A stretch of 64,000 bases of DNA from Vicugna vicugna. Taxonomy: Eukaryota. The DNA lies in contig MU058584.1 in NCBI GenBank assembly GCA_013265495.1, positions 4,346,508 to 4,410,507 of the forward strand. The letters run 5' to 3'. The position numbers and the translations under genes are program-made. The notes beneath the pieces are model-generated. The model had not been told where the DNA came from. It saw nothing but the letters and a program-made list of their open reading frames with translations, and ran no database searches. Within the stretch, counting starts at the first letter, position 1. Each line of letters starts with the position of its first letter. Of this stretch, positions 52,138-64,000 are shown piece after piece.

Positions 52138-52654
52138 TCCATAGATATTTGATGCACGTGGTTACAAGGGCTTCGGAGGCTGCAGTCAAACAAGATGAAG
52201 ATGTGTCTTTTCAAATCTTGCCCTTAGGGACCATGATGAGAATTTGCTATTTGTAATCTCAGGCTACATACAAAAGATTGAACAACTGGACATTTAAAAA
52301 TAGCCATTTTTTCAGTTTAATAGATTAACTAGAAGGGCATCAGTTGTACGATGTACCATTTTGATATTAATATTTTTTGATCTGATACAATTTTGCATGG
52401 GCAGAAATCAACAGGTTAAGTGAGAACAACATGAAAGGCAAAGGGAGTTTGTGTAAAGCTGGGAGAAGGTAGAGCATGGACACTGCCAACCCTTTCCGAC
52501 CCTCCGGAAAGAGGAGAAACCACGTCTGGTTCTGTGTCTGGAACTGAAGGGAGTATGTAGGGACCCAGAGGATGCTGGCTACAGAGACAGGTTAATACTG
52601 ACTCATCATGAGAGAAGGAGTCTTACTAAAATCTTTGCTCTCTTTCACGAAACG

Positions 52655-52816
52655 TTAGAAAGGATTGTCTAGGATATTAACTCGCATCAGAAATTTGTTT
52701 TTTTGAATATCCTGCATGTTGACCTTGCCTGATACAACTTTTTCCCATGAGGGGAGATTCAAGACTGTTTGAAGCCACTGGTCTTCGGTTAACTCAGAGC
52801 TTGAGTACCACCATTC
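52655..52816 (-). CDS. ADCY10: ADCY10 last exon, coding part
   Basis: ctcag|GAATGG; 162 nt. Encodes EWWYSSSELTEDQWLQTVLNLPSWEKVVSGKVNMQDIQKNKFLMRVNILDNPF*, with TAA at 52657-52655. Confidence 0.95.
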   Translation of the reverse strand, partial: EWWYSSSELTEDQWLQTVLNLPSWEKVVSGKVNMQDIQKNKFLMRVNILDNPF

Positions 52817-53392
52817 CTGAGAGGAGAGACAGAGAACAGAATTCATCAGTGCTCTTCACCTTGCGTGGTCAAGAGTGGTCCAATACCAGAAATAGACAGA
52901 TGTCCTTGAGTAAAGTTTAAAACCAGGGGAACCCACAGACAAGAAATGAACTTTGTTGCCCAAACCAGGATACTGACACATGACTCTAAATAAACACATA
53001 AAATGTACATCCATTCACTAATTCTGCAAATACTGAGTAGAAGGCATTGTGTGAGGGACTAAGTGGTTTCTGCCTTTTAAGAGTTCACATTTTCAAGAGG
53101 AGACGAGACATGCACACGAATGTAACACACAGTGGAAAGCGGTGAGGGCCACAAGAAGGCAGAGATCCTGCTAAAGGGGATTTGGAGGAGGAGGCGATCC
53201 CACGGAAACTCAAGGAGGAGAGGAGGTGCAAATACCCGACCTATGGACATGTCATCCCTTTCAGTAAGAGCCCAGAAGGGCCCACGATGGCCTCCCACAT
53301 CAGGTGACACCCAGCAGGCAGTGGGCTTCTGGGGCTCCTTGGCCTCCCCCATGAGCACCCGCTTCCCCAGCTTGCTGGCTGATGGTACGTAC

Positions 53393-53581
53393 TTTGCTCA
53401 TGTTCAGCCAGCATTTCTCCAGCACGTTCCCCTGTGTTTCACAGAGCTGTAAGGCTGTGTTCAGGAAGAGGTTGCAGTTCTGCCCATCCCCCATCAGTAT
53501 AAAGACATAGGCCATCAGGTGGTAAAGCCTTGGGTAGAAGACAGGCCCGGTGGTGTTTTGAGCCATCAGACTCTCCAAGTT
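53393..53581 (-). CDS. ADCY10: ADCY10 penultimate exon (about exon 32)
   Basis: tttag|AACTTG...AGCAAA|gtacgt; 189 nt. Encodes NLESLMAQNTTGPVFYPRLYHLMAYVFILMGDGQNCNLFLNTALQLCETQGNVLEKCWLNMSK. Confidence 0.95.
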
Positions 53582-54275
53582 CTAAAGAAAAAGCAACACA
53601 TCAGAATCAGAAAGGGGACCCTGACTGCAGAGATTTTTAACTCCTCAGATGATCTGGGATCATTTCAAAGATATAAGCAACCAAGTGAAAAAAGCATATG
53701 ACAGAGACATACATAGAAAGTAGTGGAGACTAGATGGTGAAGGTCAGGTGGAGTAGCCCCCTGGTCTACCCAGACCAAGAATGTGATATGGGTGGGCTCA
53801 TTAACCCTTCTCGGTAATCACTTTTTTTTTTTTTGGAAAGCCCTAATTCAAGAATTGTTCTTCCCTGCTGGTGACATTTGCTAGCTTGGGTCTTTAGCTA
53901 ATGATACATCTACCTGTCCTTTGGGGGTCCCCACTCTGCAGCTGAGTTCCTGTTCCTTGTGTTGACACACGCCACTGTTCTAAATAAACATGTGCACTGA
54001 ACAGTGTTATTTAAGATTTAATAAGTATTGTATCAACATTCATGGGATGAAGAGGGATGGGGGCTGGTGAGACAGGGGTTTTACTTATCAGGCCTGTGGT
54101 ATGCGTATTTGTCAAAAAGGAAAGAAACTTTTCACAGAGACACTTACAATGTCCTTATACATTTCCTTGGGAATGAGAGAAAAGCCAAGGGCTTTCTAGA
54201 CTGTTCAGGGCTCAACCTCCTGGCCCCAGGTAAACCTGCCTTAATCTGTCTACTTCAGCAATCACTTTTAAAAAA

Positions 54276-55017
54276 TGAAACTGAGTCCCCCTAAAACTGA
54301 GTCCCCCTGCCGAGTTCATGGTCAACCTCTCTATCCCAAACTTCATTGTCTTGCTTGTCCTGCCCCCTGTTCCCCTCAGAATTGGGGAGTATCAAAGAAA
54401 GTGGGGGGTGGGGTTGAAACCAAGCAGGACCCTCCCACGTACAGAAGCCCATGTGCATCCCCGTTTCTTGTTTGTGGAAAAAGGCTTTGGTCTCCTAGGC
54501 CTTTTCTGAGTTCCAAAGAGCAGACTCGAGCAGTTACTAATTACAGAGGTGAGAGAATGCAGAAAAGCAGTCAAGAAACCACAGTTCAGTGATAAAACTA
54601 GTTTCTAGTTCCACCTGAAGGGACATAGATACAATCTGATGCAGATCTTTGAGTTGTTCTACAGGAACTAAGACCCCGCCCAGGTAGAGGATGGTGACTA
54701 TGTGCTGACCACAGGTGCATAGACCCCAGACTGGTCAGAAGGTTGATGATTAAGATTCCCCGAAACACCACCCTGTTACCTCATCACCAGCCAATCTGAA
54801 GAAAGTCACGCACCCCACTGGCCCTCACTCCAAATGTTACCTTAAAAAACCCTTCCCTGAAAGCCACTGGGGGAGTTCAGGAGTTCTGAACATGAGCTGC
54901 CCGTTCTCCTTGCAAGGCCCTACAATAAACACTGTACATTCCTTCACCACGACCTGGTGTCAGTAAATTGGCTTTGCTGCACGGCGGGTAAGTGGACCCA
55001 AATTCGATGCGGTAACA
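54276..55017 (+). mobile_element. Solo LTR (ERV1-like) in an ADCY10 intron
   Basis: TG start, CCAAT box, AATAAA near 54924, ends ggtaaca; clearly related to 56965-57644. Confidence 0.75.
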
Positions 55018-55270
55018 ATAACAAAAAAATTTTTTTTCTTTTGATTACCAAAGCAATATAAGTTAATTTCCAAAATGTAAGGAATTATACTTCAATTGAA
55101 AAAAAATGTAGAGACTGGAAATGGGAGGAAAAAAGGAGAAAGAAACAAAACTCCCAGAATTTAGGGAAATAATGAGGATTAAAAAAAAAAACCACTCATA
55201 ACTCTAACACCTAAAAAAGAAATACTTTTGGCTTTTGGATACACACTCTCCCACTTTTTAATTTCTCTGC

Positions 55271-56150
55271 TGTGGGCAGAGAATGTTGCCCACCACCCCA
55301 GCTCTACATGAACTAAGCCATTAGTCACTACAGCCACCCACCAGACGCATATTGGCCCTAGACAGTTAAGATGCATATCTAAGGAATAAATTCAGTGAAC
55401 CTAGATCCTTGCCTTTTCCATACATAGAAAAGCGCTAAAATCATTAACTTGAGATGTCTGTCCTTTGTGATTAGCATACGGTCCACAGACATCTGGCAGA
55501 TCCTTGCTCCAAGACCCCTCAAGCATCCAGTGCTGCCCTTTAAAGGTAACAAAGAACATTCCTTTCTTAATACCTACCTGCCTTAGCTGAACTAACTACT
55601 CTAGACAATGATCAACTTCACAATGACCAGAAATCAAGCCACCAGGGGCGGTCACAACTCCCTACCAAAATCCCTAGCCCTACCCTTTCACGACCTCCTC
55701 CCTTCCCTGTTACTTCAACATCAGCCTGATCACGCACCTGCACCCTGTGACCCTCTTCGTGCCCGATGTCATGTAAGCACAAGGATTTAAAGGTCACCTT
55801 CCCTTATAAAAGACCTCAGCAGCCTACCGTTGGAGTGCACAGATATCTCTCGCCAGTGGCCCACTGTTGCCTATAGCAGCACACTTAATAAACTCCTTTT
55901 CTATTTTCATCCTTTGTCTTTGGTAAATTCTTTTACCATCTGTGCACTGACCCACCAAATCCCAGGACAATTAGTTATCTATCTTTTGGCGTTTTCCCCA
56001 GCAAAAATCTCCTCCATATCCTGGCTCCTCCCTTACTTCTTTAGAGCAGTTACTCAAGAGTTAATCTGAGAGGCTGACCTCTGGGCTAGAGCTGTGGTCC
56101 TCGGTAAGACCCCCAAATAAAACTTAACTTGCAGCTTTTAAGTTGTGACA
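55271..56150 (+). mobile_element. LTR interrupted by a second LTR (~55477-55969)
   Basis: The outer halves align colinearly with 49411-49864. The inner segment has its own TATAAAA (~55805), AATAAA (~55887) and a CA end. Confidence 0.68.
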
Positions 56151-56964
56151 CTGCCTGTCACTTACACACACACACTTACACTCTCGTGCTCATACCCACT
56201 GTAAATGGGGTCATACTCATCACCCATAGGGTAACTGTTTTTTCCCATTTAGCATCATGTTACGGACATTTTCCGATGACATGATTCTTTTTTATGAGGT
56301 TTCATAAGTTCAAATGCTGACAGATGCCAGGCAAGTAACATAAACAAGAGGCTGAATGTGACAAGATAAGAAACAGAGGGGATTATGTCATACTGGAGGG
56401 GGCATGCCCTGTCACCCCTTGTCAATTCCAGCCAATAGCTGACCTTTAGGATTGGGGCCTAGAGTCACCAGATGCTCCAATTTTTAAAAGAAGAGTCAGA
56501 AATTCAGATTTTTTTAATGTGAAAATATCCCAATATTTAAACATACCATTTCTGACTTAACCAGTATTTTTGAAGGGCATACAGCTTTTATTTTCCTTTA
56601 GGTTTTTTTTCTAATACTATAAACCTGAGATCAACATCTTTATAGATAAATATTTATTTGCCATCTTGTTATTTTTTCAGGCTAATTACCAGGAGGAGAA
56701 TTAAATGATGTGCAAAATTTAAAGATATTTATGCATTTTGCCAGAGTGCTCTCTAGAAAGTTTACGAGAGTAAACTTCAGAGCATGAATGTGTCATCTCT
56801 CATATCTTTGCTAATTTGATGGTTAACAAAACAATACCTTATTCTTTTATTGCACTTACTTCAATATCATAGAAATGAAATTGAAACATTGAACTTTCCT
56901 GACAAACCTATTACGTGTTTATCTTGTCTATCATTATTTATTCAGGAAATTAAACATCTCTGTG

Positions 56965-57644
56965 CATCCAAGCAGGACCTCGTGGGGCCTTCCCAGAACA
57001 GACCCCTCCCTCCGTGTCCTCTGCCTTCCCCTTGTTTGTAGGAAAGCTGTAGTTTCCCAGGGCTCTCCTGAGTCCCAAAAGCCTGCCTCAAGAATTAATG
57101 ACTGAGAGGATGTGAACTCGTAGTGAGAAAAATGGCAGTTGGGCCAGGAGAACTGATAAGAATTTAAACAGTAAATCAGCCATGTGGCAGTCACAGAATC
57201 ATTCATTCCTCTGTGAAGTACCTAGATAACAGTATCTGACGCACATTTCCTGAGTTGCTTCACAGATGCTAAAACCCCCACCAAATGGAAGATGTTAACT
57301 ACTTGATGATCAGGAGCTTGTATCCTCCCCGCCACCCCCATCTCCTGGAGCCTGAGGATTGATCATGTTGACCCCTGTGACACCGCCCTGTTACCTCACC
57401 ATCAGCCAATCAGAGAACGGTGCACGAGCTGATCACATACCCTGTGACTCCCCTCTCTCACCTCGCATTTAAAAATGCTTTCCTGAAACCCATCGGGGAA
57501 CTGGGGTCTTTTGAGCACTGGCTGCCCTGGACTCCTTGTCTGGCACCTTACACTAAACACTGCACTGCCCTTCACCACAACCCCATGTCAGTAGATTGCC
57601 TTTACTGCGCACGGGCAAGCGGACCCAAGTTTGGTTCGGTAACG
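56965..57644 (+). mobile_element. Solo LTR (ERV1-like), related to 54276-55017
   Basis: Shares ccaagcaggacct, ccctgttacctca.ca.cagccaatc and ggacccaa...cggtaac with that copy. Confidence 0.75.
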
Positions 57645-58499
57645 TGTACGAGGCACTGTTCTGTGTACTGTGCGAGATGCCAAGTTTGACTTTGTGTTCT
57701 TGTATTCTTTTGATTCTCCACCCCTACCACTCCCTCCCATTCCTGGGCTTCCCACCCCCACCCCCTTCTGGAATTCAAATCACACATTCCTTGAGTACAA
57801 TGTTTTACTCATCTTTGCTGCAATCCCAATAGCACGTACTGTATTTTTCACTTGTACTGTCTTTGGGAGAGGTGAGTTTTATCACTTTACTACTCATTAA
57901 ATGAAGAGGTGCTTTCTTTTAACTGCCAGCTAATCTATCTACTGGATTTTCATATACCAGTTTGTCCAAAAGTGTGGTACCCCTTTACTAGTCCTCTATC
58001 AATATTTAAAAGTGATGATGACAGTCAAACTCACTTGTCATATGTAACATGCCTGGTATTTGAAAGAAGAGAACGTTGGAATCAATTAAACCATGTTTAA
58101 GATGACAAAAAAAAAATCTGCTTTTTTTCCGAACAACAGGAAGTGAGTGTTTTAGGTCCCTCATAAGTCGTTTTCTTAAGGAAAGACCTTTGCTCTATCA
58201 AATTACATGAAATAAACTCCATAATACGTAATAATCACATAAAACAAAATGACATTTTATGCCACCAAGCAATTTCCGTCTTCTGAGTGAGAGCCAGCAG
58301 AATGCTTTATGAATCAGAAATATAAAGACAAGTTCTATGCCAAAGAGCACATACCTCCAGGCAGTGACGACAATGAACTTGCGTGTTTTGGGGGCAGGGA
58401 GGTAAGCTGCTGTGAGCAAGCCGCTGGAAGAGGTGCTGAGGCTGAGCGTGGTGGGAGAGTGGTAGAGAGTAGGCTCCCACCTGGGCAAACTGAGGGCTT

Positions 58500-58990
58500 T
58501 TCTACCCAGCGGGAGTGAAAAGGACCCACCCCATAACAATGCCTCAGACAATTAAATGAGCCACTACACGTCACTGGGCCCAAGATGCCTTGTTTCGAAA
58601 CATTTTAACAGCTCTGAAACAGGGACGTGCCTTAAAATCGTCAGCACCTGGATTCTGCCAACAACCTGAAGGAACTTAGAAGCAGGTTCTTCCCTAGATC
58701 ATGAGAGCGTAGCTCAGCTGACACCTTGATTTTATCCTCGTTAAGATCCTAAGGGGGAGGGCATAGCTCAACTGGTAAAGTGCATGCAGGAGGTCCTGGG
58801 TTCAATCCCCACTACCTCTTCCAAGAATAAATAAACAAACCTAATCACCCACTTCCCGCAAAAACAAAGACCCCAAGCAGAGCGCCCAGCCAAGCCTGTC
58901 CAGACTTCTGACCTGCTAAACCGTGGGATAGGAAGTGATGCTGTTCAAGCTGTTAGTGGTACTTGGAGACACATATATAGAAAATGAATA
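58500..58990 (+). mobile_element. MLT1 (MaLR) LTR relic hosting a SINE
   Basis: attctgccaacaacctga...ctgacaccttgatt...cagacttctgacct. Confidence 0.6.
58753..58868 (+). mobile_element. tRNA-derived SINE (Vic-1-like) nested in a MaLR LTR
   Basis: ggggagggcatagctcaa...ggttcaatcccc; diverged target-site duplication aagatcctaag / aagaccccaag. Confidence 0.82.
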
Positions 58991-59807
58991 CATCTGCACT
59001 CAGCCTTTAACAGGACAAGGCAAGCAGGCACGAAGGCGACCAGAGAGGTCCAGCCCTTCATTCTCTCGGGGGGCTTGCCCATGCTGGGCTATGAGCTCTG
59101 GGAGGCAGGCACCAGGGTTAATTTGCTTTCCCTTGTACCCCAGCACCTAGTACCTGGTGCTCACTTTCTAGCAGTTGAATATTTAAAATTTCTGTGCACA
59201 GCCGACTTCTCTTCCAAGATATTTATCCCAGTAACAGCAGCGAAGTACTACAGAAAAGTTCTATCTAAGAATACCTTGGCAAGATTATCTAACAGTACAT
59301 CTACAAGATAAAATACTATGCTTCCTTTTAACGAATGGTGTAGAAAGCAATTTAACAACAGGAGGTTGTTCATAAATACGTCTCATTTAGTAGCAAGTTT
59401 AAAAAATGGAAATGCATGCACACACGTAGAAGAAAACTTGAAAAATGATGTCTCAACATGTAAAAAGTGGTTAGTAACCTCTAATGGAAAATAATCTGAG
59501 AAGGGAATATGTATGTATGTGTGTATATGTATAACTGAATCACTTTGCTGTACACCTGAAACTGACACAACACTGTAATAATCAGACTTCAGCCAAAGAA
59601 AAGGGAGAGAGAGAAAAAAATATGTAAAAAATGGTTGTCTCTGAGTAGTAAGGTTATGGGCAATTTATATTTTCTTCTAATTTGGGGGAGAGAGTTGCAC
59701 TATAAGCATGTATAACTTCTGTCATCAGAGAAAATAATTGTCAGAGGTGGTAGAGAAAAATCCATATGAGGAGTGACTTATCCTGGGGACCAGAGAATAG
59801 GCCTTAC

Positions 59808-60003
59808 CTTGAGTATGTCGACTCCAATGTCCTGAGCATTCTCAGATTGTTCTTCAATTTTCTTTTGAAGGTAGAGAACTTGCCCTTCCATGTACCTACA
59901 GATGCTGACGCAGTAAAGAGCTGTGGGGGTTCTTCTTGACACGAGACTTTTGGCTTTATTGGAAAAGACCTGAAAGTTGTCCCATTCCTGAAGTCTGGCA
60001 TAC
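59808..60003 (-). CDS. ADCY10: ADCY10 coding exon (about exon 31)
   Basis: acag|GTATGC...CTCAAG|gtaagg; 196 nt. Encodes (W)YARLQEWDNFQVFSNKAKSLVSRRTPTALYCVSICRYMEGQVLYLQKKIEEQSENAQDIGVDILK. Confidence 0.95.
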
Positions 60004-60304
60004 CTGTACCACCACAGAAGAGTAAGAAAAATCAGTAGCATCCTTGGAATGGGCTGCATTTCTGAAATGGGTCTCTCTGGAGGTACCTGTGCCTCTGGAA
60101 GCCTGCCACTGACCAATTCAGGGAAAATAAATAGTTTTTTGATGATTTGACGTGAGTAGAATCGGGGGGAACACTTGGGCAATGTTAGCCATCATTTATT
60201 CAACTCTTTGGACTCTTTAAAATGTGAAGCAGATCAGACACTTGGAGCTATTCACTCTGGGGCTTGAAGAAATTGCTCTGATTCCAAAGAGAGAGCACCT
60301 AGGC

Positions 60305-60500
60305 TACACTGGACTACTCAAAGTGTGGGCCACTGCCTAGTGTCCTCAGTGTCATCTGAGTGCTCTTGAGAAATGCAAACTCTCTGGTCAAATCCAGATC
60401 TACTGAATGAGACAGACTCTGGGGATGGGGCCAGGAAACTGAGTTAATAAACCCAGCAGAGGATTCCTATGCCCATCAAATGCGACCAGCATTGGCCTGG
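60305..60500. mobile_element. MER5A-like DNA transposon relic
   Basis: ctcaaagtgtgg...agaaatgcaaactctc...ctactgaat.agac..ctctggggatggggcc. Confidence 0.6.
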
Positions 60501-61927
60501 GCCACAGCTGTTGAGAGAACTCCTCTGGTGAGATAGAGCGGAATAAGAAATGAGGACGCATTTTGGACTTTAGATCCCTTGAACTTTTAACTCACATGGG
60601 CAAGTTAATTTGACATTGAACTTTACTTTCTTTTGACTTTAGCTGGCAAGGGAGTTTGGGGACTTTCATTTCTCCCAATGCATTTTATAGTAAGAGGAGA
60701 TTTCTATTCAAATTTGGAACTGCTCTAGTTTGCAGGACTTTATATTGGAATGTTTTCATATTGTCATTGAATCTTAGCACAAAATCTCTAAATATTGGAC
60801 AACACGGCTGCCTGTACAATTTGAGGTGTGAAGTAGAAGAGGGAATGACTTAAGTCCTTCAATTAATGTTCTGGAGCCTGACTCCTGACCTACTTCCTTG
60901 AAGCGGAGGCCCCAGCTGCAGGCTTATTGAGTTAAAAATGTAACAGGGTAAAGATGCCAACACCTTGATCTTGAACATCTCAGCCTCCAGAACTATGAGA
61001 AAACAAACTTCTGTTGTATAAGATAACCGGTCTATGGGACGTTGTGATGCACACCAGAAATTGACACAGGGTAACTGACTGTACTTCAATTAAAAAAGAA
61101 AGACAGAAAGAAAAAATTTAACAGGTTAGAGAGATTCAGCCTCAGGCTTAATGGGTTCGTGAGGTACAGGAGGCCTGCTTCTCCCACCCTCCTGAAGTTT
61201 CCTTCTATGTGAGGCAGTTCCACGGGGGCAAAGCACCTCATCTCTTTCCCAGTCTTGCTCCCTCCCCCAATGATAAGGCGTGACTTAGTGACTTGGATGA
61301 TGACTTTGGGGGAGGGATTAGGCAGGTGCACCTTGGTAGCTATCCCTCTTCTTCACTTTGAGAGCCAGAGAGACCAACAGAGGGCATGGCACTGCCTGCC
61401 TTGAGGGGGCTGGGGTGGGGATGGAGTTTCCTAGAACTGCCCGCTGCTGATGGGTAAATCTAATCCTGGGATTCAATATTAGGAAGCCCACCTGCCTGCA
61501 GATCTAAGCCATATCCTACAGCATCAGCTTAATCATCAATGATTATGATTAGATCTTGGGGGAGGGGGCAAGTAGTGTTACTTATGAGTCTCCCTCAAAC
61601 CCCAGCACTTCTCAGAAGCAAGGACTCCTTTTTCTTATTCATCGCCGTATTACCTCAACATGATACACACGTAATAAATGTTTGTTGCACTGAATACAAT
61701 GGAGGTGGGATGGCTTTTCTGGCCTTGGTTGAGAGGGATGAACTAGGTGACCCTTAAGGTGTCTTTCAGTGTAAATCCACTCTGTCACCTTCAGTCTGCC
61801 TCATGTATAAATTTAAATTACTTTTCCTTTCTTGTCTTTCTTCTAAAAAAAAAAATCTCAGGAGATTCAACATTTCAGGATTCAACATTTCCAAGTTTGG
61901 GGACTTGGGGCTGTAACATATTGTTAC

Positions 61928-62045
61928 CAGATAGCAACACACGAGTAAAGTCCCAGGAGGATTCCACTCTGAAACTTGAGGATCCTGTTATCTTCATTTT
62001 GATACACGAATTCCAAACATTCTTCAAATGTCCTATAAACAAAGC
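61928..62045 (-). CDS. ADCY10: ADCY10 coding exon (about exon 30)
   Basis: tttag|GCTTTG...ATCTG|gtaaca; 118 nt. Encodes (G)FVYRTFEECLEFVYQNEDNRILKFQSGILLGLYSCVAI(W). Confidence 0.94.
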
Positions 62046-62859
62046 CTAAAAAAGAGAGAAACGGGAGAGCCTGGCTGGTGGATGGAGGAGAATTTTCCAC
62101 TGTCTCTGATGACTTTATGAATCCAAAGGGTCCCCTGGATCACATCAACCAGGTGACTGCAATGCCCTGTGTTGGCGGAGTCCCTGCTTTTGTGGAAGCT
62201 GACACATGTACGATAGAATGCCGCAGTATCAACTGAGCAGGAGTGGGCTTTAAACCAACCCTCCCTGCCTGAGACTGAGGAGTCAGCCTCAGCGCAGGCT
62301 GGGACTTTGTCTTCCTACCCATACGTCCCTCATTGGCAGTGATACCTGCATCCCCTTTGAAAATACCTGTCGGAAAAAGAATGCTGAGGTTGGCCCCTCT
62401 GGTTTATTATGTACCCTGAAGCCTTCCTACCTGGTGTCACCTGAAAGTTACCAGGGAAGAATTTGTTGTCCGAATCACCAACAGCTACCAGTGCCTGGAA
62501 CCCTCACATTAGCAGCCCAAACCTTCATTTTAAAGCATGAAGTCGCCAAGTCTACCCTGCTAAAAATTAAATACCCTAATAGAAGGCACATAGTGACAAT
62601 ATCAGTCAGTGTCTCTTGTGTGCAAATTAATCTGACACTTTAACTGGCAGCTTAAATTCTAAATTCTCCTCCTTGCTGGTCCCTTAAAATCCTTGCACCT
62701 TCTAGACAGCTTCCTGAGCTCCAAACACCAGGCTCTTCCCCCTTCCCTGTCCTAGCCAGAAACCCAGTAGTCTCAGAGCCCCCACCCTGATAGTTGCCAC
62801 CCCACACCTACACAAGTGTCATGCCCTCAGTTTCTTATCAATTCCAAGGCCAGGCTCAC

Positions 62860-62975
62860 CAGAATAAAGCATGATGTCCAGGCATATGAAATAGAAAAAG
62901 GCCTTGCTGAAAATGTGCTCTTCTGCTACAGAAAGATCCCACAGCCACCCCAGCACCTGGATCAGCTGCTTGTAT
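62860..62975 (-). CDS. ADCY10: ADCY10 coding exon (about exon 29)
   Basis: tgtag|ATACAA...TCTG|gtgagc; 116 nt. Encodes (R)YKQLIQVLGWLWDLSVAEEHIFSKAFFYFICLDIMLYS(G). Confidence 0.94.
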
Positions 62976-63482
62976 CTACAGGAAAGGAAAAGTGGTAGGA
63001 TTAAAACGTGATAGGCGGGAGGTGAGGAAGTCCAGTCCTGGTCTCAGTCCTGCCCAGCGATTCGGGACCAAACGCGATCAGTTAAACAGACTTCAAACCC
63101 ACTCCTAAATCTCAAATGGGCAATTTGTTCAAACTTTTCTTTCACAGACTTCTCTATCAGAGTGACCGCAGTCAGTCCATGTTGGCCTGGGTCTCTGGTC
63201 TTGGTTGCTGTCCTCGGGGCATTTGCCTTCCCTGTGAGACCGTTCACTTTCTGTCACCTGGCAGTGACGGAGGCCTGATTTCCACAGTGGGGGTGACTGT
63301 CTGACTTTCCTCCAGTCACTGGACCGGAGCGGTGGTTTCCAAAGGATGACGGTCATCAGTTACATCAGCTTAGGGTAAACTGTGCTCCCTCCCCCACTCG
63401 ATGCCAGGGTGAAGTGAACCCAGAACATTCCACTAATATGGCTTTCTTTCCCTAATTTTGGAACACGCCTTAAGATAAATAC

Positions 63483-63579
63483 CTGTTTTTCAAGAATAAG
63501 GATTTACTAAGCCAGCAGAGGACCAGACAGTGTTTGTCAGGATTCTGAAGCAATGCCCACATCTTGTGGGCTCGAGAGC
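63483..63579 (-). CDS. ADCY10: ADCY10 coding exon (about exon 28)
   Basis: ccag|GCTCTC...AACAG|gtattt; 97 nt. Encodes (G)SRAHKMWALLQNPDKHCLVLCWLSKSLFLKN(R); phases fit both neighbours. Confidence 0.93.
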
Positions 63580-63657
63580 CTGGGAAGAAAACAATGCCAG
63601 TCTATTTCTGGGCATTACTTGTGTTTGCACGTCCCTTCTTGACCAGCCAGCCCTTAC

Positions 63658-63862
63658 CTAAGTCAATGGCCAAGTCCAAGTCACCCATTAGGAGCTTGAT
63701 GTAGCTAAGCGCATGGGCCACGTAGGTCACGATTTCAATGCTCTTGCGTTTCTCGGGGAGGTTGAAGATGTGCTCGATGGCCATGATCTCATATTTGAAC
63801 CATGTGCCCTGGTAGCCAGCCAGATGGTGGTGCAGCGAATAGTCCAGGTAGGCCTTAATGAT
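63658..63862 (-). CDS. ADCY10: ADCY10 coding exon (7th from last; about human exon 27)
   Basis: Minus strand ttcag|ATCATT...TTAG|gtaagg; 205 nt. Encodes IIKAYLDYSLHHHLAGYQGTWFKYEIMAIEHIFNLPEKRKSIEIVTYVAHALSYIKLLMGDLDLAIDL(G), matching the C-terminal region of soluble adenylyl cyclase. Confidence 0.95.
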
Positions 63863-64000
63863 CTGAAATGGCAGCAGTGAGAGAAGGAGAGCAGGGCAAG
63901 ACTGGGATGGAACCCAAAGCAGAAAGTCCAGGATATCATTCAACGCCTGCCAGTAAACAGGGATTTACGAAGCTTGGAAATGGAGCTGGACATTTGACCA

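Noticed and set aside
54277..54310. Short tandem duplications (aaactgagtccccct x2; also gattcaacatttc x2 at ~61864-61891)
   Set aside because: Two-copy slippage duplications with no spacer array; not CRISPR-like and no sign of function.
54276..57644. The two related LTRs as 5' and 3' ends of a single provirus
   Set aside because: No PBS after 55017 and no gag/pol/env remnant between them. The spacer holds other LTRs and old repeat debris, and the two copies differ substantially.
52655..63862. ADCY10 as a pseudogene
   Set aside because: All seven visible exons have canonical splice sites, matching phases and no internal stop. The upstream exons are outside the window.

Overview
Mammalian genomic DNA, most likely camelid: it carries at least six copies of a tRNA-derived SINE resembling camelid Vic-1, plus cetartiodactyl-type L1 3' ends. 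The window holds two convergent genes in the same order as the human MPZL1-ADCY10 locus. MPZL1 (PZR) coding exons 2-6 and a ~3 kb 3'UTR lie on the + strand, with exon 1 upstream of the window. The last seven coding exons of ADCY10 (soluble adenylyl cyclase) lie on the - strand. All twelve exons have canonical acceptors, all internal exons have GT donors, and the phases join in frame. The rest is intron and intergenic sequence rich in L1, L2, MIR, MaLR/ERV LTRs, DNA-transposon relics and one decayed class III-like provirus. Best leads: (1) a candidate 7-nt microexon (ACACATG, 23923-23929) in MPZL1 intron 4, set among clustered RBFOX and QKI motifs, that would replace exon 5 in frame and keep both ITIMs; (2) a ~360-bp element made of an L1 5' end fused to an L1 3' end, with its own target-site duplication, nested in a SINE nested in the provirus; (3) a near-consensus CTCF site between the two genes. 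There is no prokaryotic-type system (CRISPR, operon, rRNA). Repeat family names and boundaries were recognised by eye and are approximate.
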